This document shows, in pieces, positions 18,164 to 30,590 of a DNA stretch of 64,000 bases. The DNA lies in NCBI GenBank assembly GCA_003693705.1, contig RBZT01000423.1:118114-182113 (forward strand). Reading direction: 5' to 3'. Under the pieces are notes generated by a model that saw nothing but the letters and a program-made list of their open reading frames with translations, was not told the origin of the DNA and did not search any database. This stretch comes from Polymyxa betae A26-41. Lineage: Eukaryota; Protista; Endomyxa: Phytomyxea. The first letter of the stretch is position 1; every line of letters starts with the position of its first letter. The position numbers and the translations under genes are program-made.

Positions 18164-19134
18164 AATCAAACTTCCGAGGCAAATTTTTCAAACAATACAG
18201 TTTTAGTAAGCTGCGACACAATAGATAGATAAAGACTTCATGAAGGTTTGTTTGGAGCTGATTCGATCTAACACGCTTCGTGCAGAATTACTGCATATGA
18301 GGGTCTCAAATCCATAATTTTGAATAATTAACGTTAAGTCGAGTTCCCTATTTGCTCGCTTAGAACGAGTTCCAATGCCTTGCTCAGCAAAGTCTTCAGC
18401 AACGCGATTTGGAAACTCAAGACGCCGATCTTGTAGTTGATACGATGACATAGTGGAAAGGGGTCGAATATAGGCTCAAGCTGCTTCGAAAACTGAACGA
18501 TTGATAGCAACGTGTCCCATTTGATTAGAGCTAACAGACTGGGCCAATCTGGAAGTGTATCATCACGTACGCGACAGCCTTAGAAAAAACAGAACGTGCT
18601 ATGATTGTGTATGCTCTCTTAATCGTCTTTAAGCTGTAATTGGATTGAGTGGATTGAGTATTTCGTTGATATCAGCAATAAGTCAGCATAGCAAGGTCAA
18701 TGTTGACAAGCGAGCATCAATTTGTGTCATTCACAAATATGATATTCGTATATCTTACAATATGAACAGAAATGATCAATTCCTGAACGAAAGACACCAC
18801 AAAAACAATGCCGAAGTTCTCGCCGAGATAGTCACACCGAGGAACGGCTTGGAAACATCTGGATCTGACCGACTGATTGGTTTCATTTGATAAAACGTTA
18901 AGTCGTAACCGAATTGGAAGTCGTCCAGTAAATCAGTTAATCCACAGCTTGGCGATTTTTTCAACTTCATTCCGTTTGCACGCTTTATAGATACCGGAAG
19001 TTCAGAACCTCCGACTTTGTAGTTTGCGGTCGAAAAGGGTTCCATGAGCAGGGAATCTCGACAATCAAATGAAGACCTCGTCATTTTACATGGGATCAAC
19101 TGAAATCAAAAACAGTTCAGTTTGTATTGGATGG

Positions 19135-20087
19135 TTATGTAGCTTTCTGCTTGGGGCCAGAAGCGGCCGGGAGCCATTCTGAGAGTGATGGCGACGCCGT
19201 CCTACGACGCCCTGACTTTCCTTTTCCTTTAAAAAGCGACATCAGGGCGATGACTCCCACAACAGCTCCGATCAGGGCGATTGATGCCTATACATCAGTT
19301 TAAAATTAATAACATACAAAAGCGAGCATGAAAGCAATCAGAGAAAGAAGAACCGGTAAAAGCAATTCTGAACCTGAATGACAAAGCCGGTATCAATCTG
19401 CATTGGCTTCTCAGACAAGCTGATCGTCTGGTTATAGAATGTGGTCAAATGAGGTTCGCCATCGACACGATACGTCGCATCGACAGCCAAGCGATATGAA
19501 ATAGGCAAGAGATTAACGTGTGGGCGGAAACGATACGCAAACGTTTTCGTTTGTCCTGAGGCGATATCTCCAACGATGGCTTTCATTGTGAAATTTTGGA
19601 TATGATTATGGTATTTGAACGGACTGTGCAAATGAGCCGAGATGCCTAGAATGACATAAAATGGGTTAACTCGCTAAGAAATTTGCAGTACTAAACAGCA
19701 AATAAGAATCAAAAAGCCATTTCTAATTGCTCGCAGCCACAATGCAAATAAACGAGCGAAACTGAACAAGAAATGCTCCTATTCAAAACAGCGAAAACAA
19801 ACTGGAATATTTAGCGAAGAGAAAATATAGAGCAAGATACCTTCCATCAAAAGAGACGTTTCTGCACTATTCTGGACGGCCAGCAATATTGTAATGGGTT
19901 CGCCCAGAACGAAGGTCGTGGCGTTCGGCGCGGCAAGAAACGCGGATTGAATGGCGACCTGGTCGTGAGGCTTCAAATTCAGCTCATCGTCGTAATACGA
20001 TTGGGCATCGATCAGCAGCGCTGCGTGCAAAGCGATGACCGCGGCGCCGACGACAATGAGACGGGCCACCACCATATCTGCAAACAT
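19135..20087 (-). CDS. SSR1: Translocon-associated protein alpha (TRAP-alpha/SSR1)
   Basis: Signal peptide, LGEPITILLAVQN, HIQNFT, TFAYRFRP, TFYNQTI, C-terminal TM helix and EWLP tail. Two introns. Confidence 0.8.
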
Positions 20088-20484
20088 AATGCGGTTAATG
20101 CGATCTGACCCATGAGAGAGAGAGCGAGGGAGATGACACTATTATACATACATGAGACAGATAGCAACTATTATCTTTAATTCCAATATCTTGACTGTTT
20201 ATCACCTTTATTTTCTAAAAATGCAGTTCCAATATCTGCTAAATAGCTCCAGCAGAAACTTGGTAACAATTCTACCAGCACTCGAATCACATCTGCGGCA
20301 GGAAATTCTGCAATCGCACAGGACGCAAGTCCTTCCATTCCTGGGAGACATCTTTCTCATAAGGAAGAGAGGGAGAATTTAACAAAAAAACTATTTGTGA
20401 TTGGAAGTCCTTTAAAGTGCTGTTGATAGCTCATAGCAGAAGGGTTTTATATGATGATTTATAGAGAACCTGTAACATTATAAA

Positions 20485-22437
20485 TCATTGCTCAACTTTG
20501 TCTAAACAGTTCGTCGTCGGTCGATATCGAGCGAAATTATCAGGCGACCTGATGCCGTTGATTTCGATCCAATAGATGCTGGTGTGATACGAGCTGTGCG
20601 AAGCGCCCAGCAGCCGAACCAAGACGTAGCGGCCGACCGTGTCGTTCTGCAATGAGCGATTCTTGAGCGGAATGTCGGTGATTGCTTTATGGCGACCGCT
20701 GCTGCTAATCGGAACTAGTTCGAGCCAGACGCCCTCGAGTTGCTCCTTGAACAGAATCTCGAATTCGACGCTGTGCCGATTCTGCAAGCGAACCTTGGTG
20801 ATGCGATAGAGATTCTCTAAATCGATCATGATCTCAGCTCGATCAGAATTAAATGGTAGCCAATATCTGAAGAATCCCGAGTCAGAGTTGACCAAAGTAA
20901 CATCCAATCAATGAACGAAAGACAAAACAAGCGGATCTTCCCATCTAAGAGGAGATACGACTCTGAACAAAAAGAGTGTTTAACGGAGCTGTTAAAGCCT
21001 CGAACGACTCTCCTGCAAAAATTCAGAAGCTCGAACTCTTACTTATCGTCGTGCGTTCGAACATTGGCAAGCGGATGATTGCCGGACATCGAGCTGCTTA
21101 GCGGACACAGCCGTCCGGCTTTGTTACCGAAGATAATCTCCTCATGGCCTCGCTCTATACAGTTTGGCGACAGCGGTGCCGATAGTCCTTCGCATATCAT
21201 GGCATGGAACCTGTACGCCTCCAGCAGCATGGTCGAGACTCCAGGGATCTTCGAAACCAGTTCATCGTGTTCGACCACCTCATGTAAGAATCGTGTCGAG
21301 ATCAGCGGAAATCGGACAAGAGCCAGTATGTCGGCGGCGCGTTCTAACCGGCTAGGATCGCCCGCAACCCATGTCGATACGGCGCTGTAGACGATTTCTT
21401 CGCTGCGAACGAACAGAAGATCGCTGGAGATCAGGTCGCGGATGATGGCGAACGGGACCTCAATGAAGCCGGCGCTGGCCGCCACCGGCTCGAAATGTTT
21501 CACGACGAATTCAAAGCAGGTTCGGCGCAGCTGATCGCATCCGAATCGGTCGGCAATTGTCAGAAACAGGCAACAATTATCCACGTTGAGCTCCGATTCG
21601 ATAAACTTTTCTGCTGATGTCTGCAAAGCGACCACTGCGTATCGATTTGCCAACGCCAGTATTGACAAAACTGATCAATATCTCATATCAGCGAACGAAA
21701 AGCACTATGAAAGAGCTTGCCCGTTTCCATTTGCAATTGTATGGTACCCGTGTACATGAATTCGACCATCATACGTAAAGGCGCCATATCGTCATCATCG
21801 AATGGGATCTCGCATTGATTGTCGGTTGATTCTTGCCAGCCGTTGGCAAACATGACTTGAAACGGCTCACTCCAAGCTGCCTATATAAATGGTTAAGTTA
21901 ATGTCCAACCATTCAAAGAAAAAGTCCTGGATCTCTCGAGAGCAAGCCAAAGCGATTGACATTGACAACATGGAGGTCAAACGAAATAATCGCGATTCGA
22001 AATAGATTCCAGTTCGCGTTTACCAGAACAACTCGATGGGCGTTTACTATCTCACCGTCTGGGCTACGGAATCTCACTAGACCGATCAAAGTAAATTTAA
22101 GCCATGGTAGGAAGCTGACGGTGATACCATCACAAAGTGTTCCGTTCGCTTGCATCTTTTTCAAAACGCAACTGAGACAATTGTTCTCGACCTGATGCTT
22201 GTCAAAATTCGCCACCGAATGTTGAGGTCCCATTATCGCCGATGTCGTTACTGTTGGTTGGGCAGGGACTGGAATTCCCTCCGTCTTTTCCTCACACACA
22301 TCCATATCTTGTCTGATAAGCGAACGTGTCCTGAAATCAATCGGTTCGTTTCCGTACCCAAGATTTTTTCCATCCGTGACCGAATGCTCATGGTTTATTT
22401 GGGGGTTGACTCTCGAAAGCGGGTTGATCGACTGCAT
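20485..22437 (-). CDS. BTB/POZ-BACK protein with C-terminal discoidin/galactose-binding-like domain
   Basis: AHRVVL|AAWSEPFQVMFANGWQES, FMYTG, BACK motifs NCC...SEEIVY...VRFPLI, and beta-rich C-terminus ...VGRYVLVRL. Confidence 0.85.
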
Positions 22438-22606
22438 ATGAGATTTTGGCTCTTTTCGACTTGTTTTCTTCGAACGAAGATTGCGGTACTGACATCAAAT
22501 CGAAGTGCTTTTCATCGCCACATTCAATTACGGGGGTCGTTCAGTAGCTGCACAGAGGATTGTCATAATCTTATAGACGATCCGATGAAGGTACCTGAAA
22601 GTTGAC

Positions 22607-23583
22607 ATGCCCTGTTGCGGCTCCTCTCCCAATCAGGTGACGTTCGACCTGAATGATGCCCTTCGTGACCTAGCCGAATACATGCGCTTGAGTGATGATG
22701 AGCTCCGGCGGTTGCATGCCATCTTCTTCCGTATGGATCGGGGCCATCGTGGCACCCTCAACAGCAAGGATCTGTATCGTGCTTTAGATCTTCGTCAATC
22801 AAAGTTCTTAGATGCTGTCTTCGCCGATATTGATGTCGATGGTGATCAGCATTGGAGTTTCCTGGAATGGATGACCGGTCTCTGCAAGTTAAACCTATCA
22901 ACTCACGATAAGCTCGCTGAGTATATGTTTACCATCTTCGATACACATAACGCTGGTTATATTGCCGGCGATGACCTTAACGAGTTGATCAAGGCCGCTC
23001 ATGGTGAAGAATCCATGTATCCGATGCCGCTGGATCGGGCCGTAGACCTGTATGACGAGAAACACGACGGCAAGCTGGACTTAATCGAATTTCGAACGGC
23101 GCTGCAATTTTATCCTGTGCTGATCTGGCCCATGTTTGAGCTACAGATTCGACTACAGACTGCCATACTTGGCACCGATTTCTGGCAGAAAATGTTTGTT
23201 CGTGTTCATCCTGACCTGGAATGCCAATATTACGAAAATATGGGTGATGATTTTCGCAACGCGTTAGATGCCCAAGCCGACCATATCGTTGAGGTTGTGA
23301 CAACTTGCCTGCCTTGGCTGCGGAAGCGACAGAACGCAGCCAAGGTCCCGGAGGTCAATATGGCCAAACATAATGTTGAGAAGGAAAAGATCAGGGTCAG
23401 TCGCGAGACAGAATCGCCTTGCCCGAATAGCTAAAATGAAATGCTCAGGATGAAGCAGCTAAAGCCGGGATTGTTTTCGACGGAATCGAGGCCGTCGCTG
23501 AGACGGGCAACATGCAGCAGCCCGATTCAGAAGAGGAGATTGAGGAGCTGACTGATGATGAGAACTTTGATGTCGCCATGTAA
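22607..23583 (+). CDS. Calcineurin-B-like four-EF-hand calcium-binding protein
   Basis: EF loops DRGHRGTL, DVDGDQHWSFLE, DTHNAGYI and DEKHDGKLDLIE. A phase-0 intron at 23396-23448 adds an acidic final exon ending TAA at 23581-23583. Confidence 0.85.
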
Positions 23584-24179
23584 GCGTTGGCGGATTCATT
23601 GCCATTTGCTGATATTCTTGGATGCAGGTACTTACCGAAAAACGCTTCACCGAATACGTACGTCAATAGAACGATAAATTCAACAACAAAATAAGGAACG
23701 GGAGGCGATAAACAAATCAATCTTCCACTCCAATGCAGCGAGATTTATCTCTCCAAGCGATTGTTAAAATTAGCCAAATCAATAATAGTTCAGTGGAATC
23801 TCCCATGTTAATATAGCCCGAGCCGGTTTATCTATGTAATGAATCCGCATACCCATTTTATTGCACTAAATCTGCAATGAACCGGGGCTCTGACATTACA
23901 ACATGCATAAGATGTTGTTTAAAGCTTCAAAGTTTTTGCACAATAATGGAGAGAGAGTCTGTTATTAGTGAGCCTGGCTCCTGACAGACTGGTGGCTTTC
24001 TGTTACAGATATAGCGGGCTGCCTCCTGCCCCCCTTCCTTCCCATCATGGCATCCTGTCGTGATCTGTTTCATTTTTCCAACTCGTCCAAGATTTTACAA
24101 AGATCGTCAACGATATAGAGACGAGACTTCCAAACGATCGATCAGGTACCGAGGCGCTTTTATCTGTGATGTCAACTTA

Positions 24180-25885
24180 ATGCCGGACCCCGAGACCGAG
24201 ACGGCAGCCCAATGGAATATTCGCAAGGATCTGCCTACAGCCTCTATGAATCTAGATACAGAAGATGTGATATTCACAGACAATGAAGATCCAGCGGTGT
24301 CTGGCGTCTATGATTACAAACTATTCAAGGCGTCCTCCGACTCGGATGAAGACTCGCCAAAAAAGACCCATGGGCAGCTAAATGATAAGCCGCAGCTCGA
24401 TGATGACGAAGACCATATGTACCTGGTCAGTAATATAAAAGAGACCATCTCATGCAATCAAGAGCTACCCTCGTTATATCGCAGGGTCGAACGAGAGCCG
24501 CATCTGTTTCTTTTAACTTTTTTGAATAGCAGTATCAATGGCATGCTGGGAGTCAAAACAGATACATCCAATACGTTGGTATTTTCTGTACTTAACCTGA
24601 TTCGCAATGAATCAATTATGAAACGGGCTCTAGAGCCTGCGTTAAGCAGCGAGTTAAATGGCGTTCGTACACCTGCTGAGCTACTTCGAAAAAATTCGCA
24701 GACGACTCGATTGCTGACGTTGTGTGCAAAGGCTCTCGGGCAGAATATCATTGTTGGGTCTATTCAGCCGGTAGTTCGACATGTGCTGGAAAGCGGGCTA
24801 ACCTTTGAAATCGACCCAACAATTGAACATCACGATGATGTTCGGAAGAAGAATTTACAAGCATTATGTGATACAGCTGCTGATCTTCTGAAGCGAGTTT
24901 TAGCTGACATTCCAAGTTTGTTTGCGTCTATCTGTCGCATCACATACGATGCCATTGAGGTACGGTACCCGAATGCTCTTTCTTTTGCCGTTATCTGCTT
25001 TTTTGTATATCGTACATCGTGACGTTTGCACGTTAAAAACTGTTTCTTGTTACTAAGGAGATTAATTCTAAAATTTTGATTTCTAGGCCAAATTCCCAAA
25101 CCATGGCTGGATTGGGATATCAAATTTTCTCTTCCTCCGATTCGTCTGCTCGTCCATTTTGGTTCCAGCCTCGGGGTCCCTCTACTCGCCACAGCAAAAA
25201 CGTAATTTGGTGCTGCTTGCGAAACTAGTCCAATCGGCTGCCAGCCTACGTAAATTCGATGCGAAAGAAACTTTCATGCAATCGACCAACAAGTTCTTGT
25301 CTATAATCATCCCGCAACTGACTGAATTCTATAAGACTTTTGCGATTTCAGAACAATCAGATGCTGATAGTCTACCTGAAGCAATCCAGTCATATCTTGT
25401 TGTCAGGTGAAGCCACTGTCTGCTATTTAAAATGCTTGTCAGTTTAATTATTCTTGTTTAGCATCTCAATTAACGAGCATCTTGACTGACTATTTTACTG
25501 ATTCTTGTTTAGGAAAATTTCTTCTCTGACGCGAATCGCTGAATACCTTGACACGTTGACCAACCATCCGAATGCACTATCTTTAACAAGTGGTTCGCTG
25601 ACAGCCCGAATAGCTTACCATCACGGTTTCCGTCGTATTATCTTCTCTGCGCTCCATGATTGCATATATATATACGACGAAAACAAGCAGCAAGGCCAAA
25701 AAGCAACCCTGATCCTTGAGCATTATCCGATAGAGAGGATTGAATTACCGGTCTCAACTGTAAATGGAGTACTGGTTATCAAAGCAAAAGAAGCAGTACG
25801 GCTGCAGTTTACAGATGACGAGGAATGTAATGTTTGGAGGAATCGTATTGAATCCCAAATTCAGAAGCATAAATCACATACATGA
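24180..25885 (+). CDS. RasGAP-domain protein with C-terminal PH-like domain
   Basis: Arginine finger LLRKNS, FEIDP, NFLFLRFVCSSI after the intron, RNLVLLAKLVQ, KETFM, PH-type tail with ...CNVWRNRI. Confidence 0.87.
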
Positions 25886-25922
25886 AATGGTTTTGAGTTC
25901 AGTGAGATCATTGGTTTATGGG

Positions 25923-26730
25923 TTAGGTAGCATCATGTTGAATCGGAGTGGATTCGATAGATTTTTGTGTGCTTGGACGAACACGAGCAATGGATCGGCG
26001 AATAGCCGGGAATTGCATCAGAGTTGGCAATGGGTCTTCGACTGCAAATCGAGCCCAGAATCCCAACCATTCCGACTATTCAAACACATCAAACTCGAAC
26101 TTCTGCACAGGTTAAATTCTCACCATAGTTAACACTCGATTTTCGATGTAATCTGGAATGAATCCATATAAAATATCGGCAGCAACATCCTCTGCTTCCT
26201 GCATTCAATAATACGAATCAATACCACATCGATATCGGACAGTGTTGGCAGCCCTTACATCAGGAGATTCAACATCGAGTATGGCTTCTGTAGCTTTAAC
26301 AAGATGTGCCATTGTAGGAGCATCTTGTGATTGTATGGCATAATAGGTTTTACACCATTCCACCTTGATCTGTTCATCAATAGGCCAAATTCCCAATACA
26401 ACGTTCATCATGGCGATATCCTCCGGCTGAATCTTCGCCTTCAGGTTCACTCTGCGAAAAAAATCGATCCAGTCATTAAGGACGATATGCTCATCATCGT
26501 CTTTGCCAACACTCAAGTCCTTATATAAGGAGGCTGCCAGGCCTTCCACTTCGCATCCAATTGGATTCAACTTTGAACACTTCTGAGGGCAACATTTCAA
26601 AAGTGACAAATAGACCGACATCTTTCATCGCACGACGAATATCAGCTGTGGTTAAATGTGGACGATTGCCTTTCAGTTTTGTAAAGGTATCGGCGACCAT
26701 CTTGAGAATCGCATCGGCATCGCTCTCCAT
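25923..26730 (-). CDS. Hypothetical protein with degenerate EF-hand-like repeats, multi-exon
   Basis: Exons join as LTTADIRRAMKDV|GCEVE..., IVLNDWIDFF, and VLTM|SEWLGFW. Stop TAA at 25923-25925. Confidence 0.55.
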
Positions 26731-27522
26731 TGGAGACTATTTTGTTATCTCCTCTCACATCGCGTGCCTAGATTTTTCAGTTCGAAACTAGTCTATACTA
26801 TCTGTAATGATTTCTCAACCTGGTCCGAATTTGTTTAATTCGATAATCACTTCGCTTGCACTATATGCCGAAGACAAAAGAATATTGGTTAGGCTTTAGC
26901 AAACGGTTTTCAAACATGTAAAAATCAGCATCGAAATCCTTTGAAAGGAAACACTGAAAGACCGAATCAATGGCCAGAATCTCATAACTGATACTGTTAT
27001 AAAATCAAAGATGGTACAAAAGCGACACAGCTCGATCAGTTGTTGCAGGGCTAACATGTTCCATTAATGCATACAGTGATGCAGAGAAAGTAATGTTGCT
27101 AAATTACTAATAGGCAAAAAAAACAGCTACAAAAGAAGTTCAAGAAACACAAAGTTAAGCCCCATTCAAATCTTGCTTTTACGAAATTCTGAAACTCAAC
27201 CGAACTCCAACGGATTTCAGCTAAAACCACATACCGGTAAGATCGAAACATGACGGCCAATCGGTCAAAAGGCAGTCAATCCTGCTGGAGTTAAACTCAT
27301 AACAGAAATGACCATAAAAAAATGAACGATATCAGATCGCCACCTCCATTGGTCTTTTTTCTTGATTTTTGAGTTTCTTGAAAAAGTTGTCAAAAATCCC
27401 ACAAATCTCAACGCGCTTTTTATACTTTTTTTGCGAGAAAAGTGGTCGCTTATTTTCGTCCGACCACGAGACCTGATTGAATATCTTTTACATGCCGCTG
27501 TGCCGAGTTCTCAAATCGTGCC

Positions 27523-28506
27523 ATGGAAATCGCCAGAACTACCGGCCAACAGCTGCAAAAGTACAATCCTCATGTCGCCAAGAACGCCCAGCCCAAGACC
27601 GTGCTTGAAGAGGATGATTACGTTGATAAGCTTGATCGCATCATTCGTCGTGATTTCTTCCCAGATCTCATCGACCCGACCGACGATGCTGATGTTCCTT
27701 CAATGTCTGTAAACAAATTCATCGCCAATCATACAAGCGAAGACAACGCATCCTTCCATGAGATTCTCGACCGGACCAATGCTGAAATCCGAGCTCGAAC
27801 CAAATGGATCAATGCGAAAGCTGACGATGAACGACGTTCCGATCTTCTTCGTAATCGTTTGCAACTTGAAAACGACGAAGATATTCGACCAAAACATCTC
27901 GATTTGCTGAAATATCAACCCAAGAACTCGCTGATGTTTGCTGCCGAGACCCCTCAGGCTCATATTATCATTGATCGGGGTGACAGAATTAGCCATCACA
28001 ATACTCGAATCACTTATGATGGTTCATCAAATCTTAGTGAGCTCAGCGTGGCTACATCGACAGCCTCAACCGATCCTGGTTCTACACCCTGCATCCGAGG
28101 CTATAAGCTGATTCGTTCGCCTGTTGGTGGCGACGACGATTACAGCTCGCGAATGCGTCATCTTCCAATGGACAGTGAAGAAATATCTGCTAACAAAAGC
28201 TTCCGTGTTCCAGAGCTTCCTGACCGGGATCGAATTGCTCGTAAACTCGGCCAGGCTGCTGCAAAGAATATCGCCAAACGTCAACGAGATCTAAAAGCGC
28301 CTCGTACACCGTTAACTTCATCCACACCATCAGTAGAAATGAGCCCTGCTGTTAAGAGATTACTTGCTAAACGTCAAAGATCTTCTGGTGATAATCAGCT
28401 TCGTGCTAGTTATTCAACATCAGGAACTCCAGTATTCGCATCACCTGCAACTATTATACCGAATACGAGCTTAGCTACTCCAATTACAAGACGGCAAAGG
28501 AGATGA
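27523..28506 (+). CDS. ESS2: Splicing factor ESS-2/DGCR14
   Basis: VLEEDDYVDKLDRIIRRDFFPDL, HTSEDNASF, KNSLMF, NTR, MSPA and QLRASY. Intronless. Confidence 0.93.
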   Translation: MEIARTTGQQLQKYNPHVAKNAQPKTVLEEDDYVDKLDRIIRRDFFPDLIDPTDDADVPSMSVNKFIANHTSEDNASFHEILDRTNAEIRARTKWINAKADDERRSDLLRNRLQLENDEDIRPKHLDLLKYQPKNSLMFAAETPQAHIIIDRGDRISHHNTRITYDGSSNLSELSVATSTASTDPGSTPCIRGYKLIRSPVGGDDDYSSRMRHLPMDSEEISANKSFRVPELPDRDRIARKLGQAAAKNIAKRQRDLKAPRTPLTSSTPSVEMSPAVKRLLAKRQRSSGDNQLRASYSTSGTPVFASPATIIPNTSLATPITRRQRR

Positions 28507-28636
28507 CATTATATATCCCCAAATCTAATTAATAACTATTTGAACCATGCATACATGAAACCATTTTCAATCGATTGTATCTTGATAGATTGAATTTAAG
28601 TAACAGCTGTAGATTAAGCCGGATATATACAGCGGT

Positions 28637-30063
28637 TCACCTGACATCAGTTTGTGAGACAGGAATGTATGCTGGGGATCTGATCAATCTTGATATAGTT
28701 TTTTTAAAAAACTGCACAAGCGGGGTCTCAGAGAGAGGAGGAGCAGGTGCTTGCGGTTTCTTGATAAAAACAAACCTGATAAAAGAATCAGTGGGCGTAA
28801 ATTACGCGAACGTTCTAAACAACAACACTCGAGAGAATGTCAAACAAAAAAGGCTCATACCATGCAAATCCAAGCATAGCAATAGTCATGCCAAAAACAT
28901 TGACGAATGTTACAGGGTTGCCGAACGTGATGATACTGATTATGATGATAGAAAGACGCTTCCCAACGTTAGCGACTTGATGGGTCAGTACCGGTAACTG
29001 TGAATCATGAGCATAAAGCCCCAAATAAAGTGTCGAAATAACCGACCCTTGATAGTGTTAGCAGCGAGCCAATCGTGGCAGCATACTGGCAGAGCAGACT
29101 TAAGAAAATCAGCAGATTTCTATGTGATGCATCTAGAACCTCGGATGCATCTGCTTTTTCTGCAGAATAATTCAAAAGAGATGTAACCTGTGATTTAGGC
29201 GAAATTCAAAATCTATTAAACAAAAGGCTAGATTTGAAGAAGAGCTACCTCATAAATTAAAGCAGGTGGAGTCATGACAATCATGGCAGCTGTGGTGTTA
29301 AGGAGATGAAATATAAATGGATCACAATGTAAACCTGCATAAGTTATATCGATCATGTTGAAAAGTGATTTCAAACGAGTTTTTACTGGAAATTGTGTCT
29401 TTGACAATGGTCGACTGACAAACACCAATCAGACAGGCTGTAAGAGCAGCTAAAAGCCCACTGAATTCGTAATGTAGCTCGGTAAAAGACGATAAAGCTA
29501 CACCTAACAACAATCTTAGATCTGGTCACCGACAGCTATTCCTTATACAAACCGAAAGAAATGGTGATTAGAGCACCAGCTTGCGGAACCGATAACCGAG
29601 ACCGGAACAAAACGTAGGAAACAGCTGCAACAAAAATAGGAGATGAGCTCTTCAATGTATGAGCCAGAGATAGGCTAAGTTTTCCATATGAAAACAATGT
29701 CAATGCCTAATATAGTGATTAAATCAGCATGAGAAGATACAGCAACATATGAAAAAAATGCTTATTGAAATTTACCTTCGAAACGGCACTTAAAGCTCCA
29801 ACAATGATAGATCGACCTATCAGTTCCCCGGTAAAAGCACTTTTGTATAGCTCAGACAGAGACCGACGTCTTGATACAGCGATGATATCGCAGGCGAATG
29901 CGATAAACAGATGAAAGATAGTGAGTGTCATAGGAAACGACAATGATTTCATCAGGCGTTTGTTAACCATTGTGCCTAACACAGAAGACAAGATCCACAA
30001 ACATAGCAGAGCTGATTTCACGCCACGATCGTCATGATGGGAATGATGATGTTTTAAAATCAT
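28637..30063 (-). CDS. Triose-phosphate/nucleotide-sugar transporter family (SLC35E-like), multi-exon
   Basis: NKRLMKSLSFPMTLT, LAHTLKSSSPIF, GVALSSFTE, VLTHQVANVGKRLSIIIISIITFGNP. Confidence 0.85.
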
Positions 30064-30590
30064 CTCAACGCCTCCAAGACCCCAAAATCAGCTACGCCGA
30101 CCGATGCTCATGTCCTATCTATGACTGATTGTCTTTACAACTGGGATTCGATTGAAAGAAATCCCCGAATTCAGGTCAGACATTTTCTGCGCCATCGCTG
30201 GTACTGTAGCTCACAGAAATCTGAAATTGCGAGTTATCGTTCTATTCTTGATGACAAAGAACTACGCAAATTAAGAACAATGCACGATCAAGAGGGCGTG
30301 CTACTGTTGACGTTGCTCAAACCAGTTGTTTAGAAAAACCGTTGGCACAATATCTGTAAAGCTTGGAGATGTGTATGGGTTTACCTACAGAACTTTCAAC
30401 TGGTGGGGCTAAATGAGGCAATGCCGGGATTAGCTCAAAGTATGATATCCGGTCTCCGACGGAATGCTACAGGCATAAAAAAAAATCCATTTTATCGACA
30501 GTAGAGTGGTCGCAATTCGTCGGTACAAACACAGTTGAACTAAACGCGAGAACTACAAAAGCATTTTCTGGACGTTCACCAGTTCTCTCT

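Noticed and set aside
18203-19099. Short minus-strand ORFs between PEX10 and TRAP-alpha
   Set aside because: No recognisable motif and no confident exon chain; may be UTR or a small orphan.
22150-22605. 151-aa plus-strand ORF
   Set aside because: Antisense to the first exon of the BTB gene, with a non-ATG start.
23445-23720. Minus-strand Ser-rich ORF
   Set aside because: Antisense shadow of the acidic last exon of the EF-hand gene.
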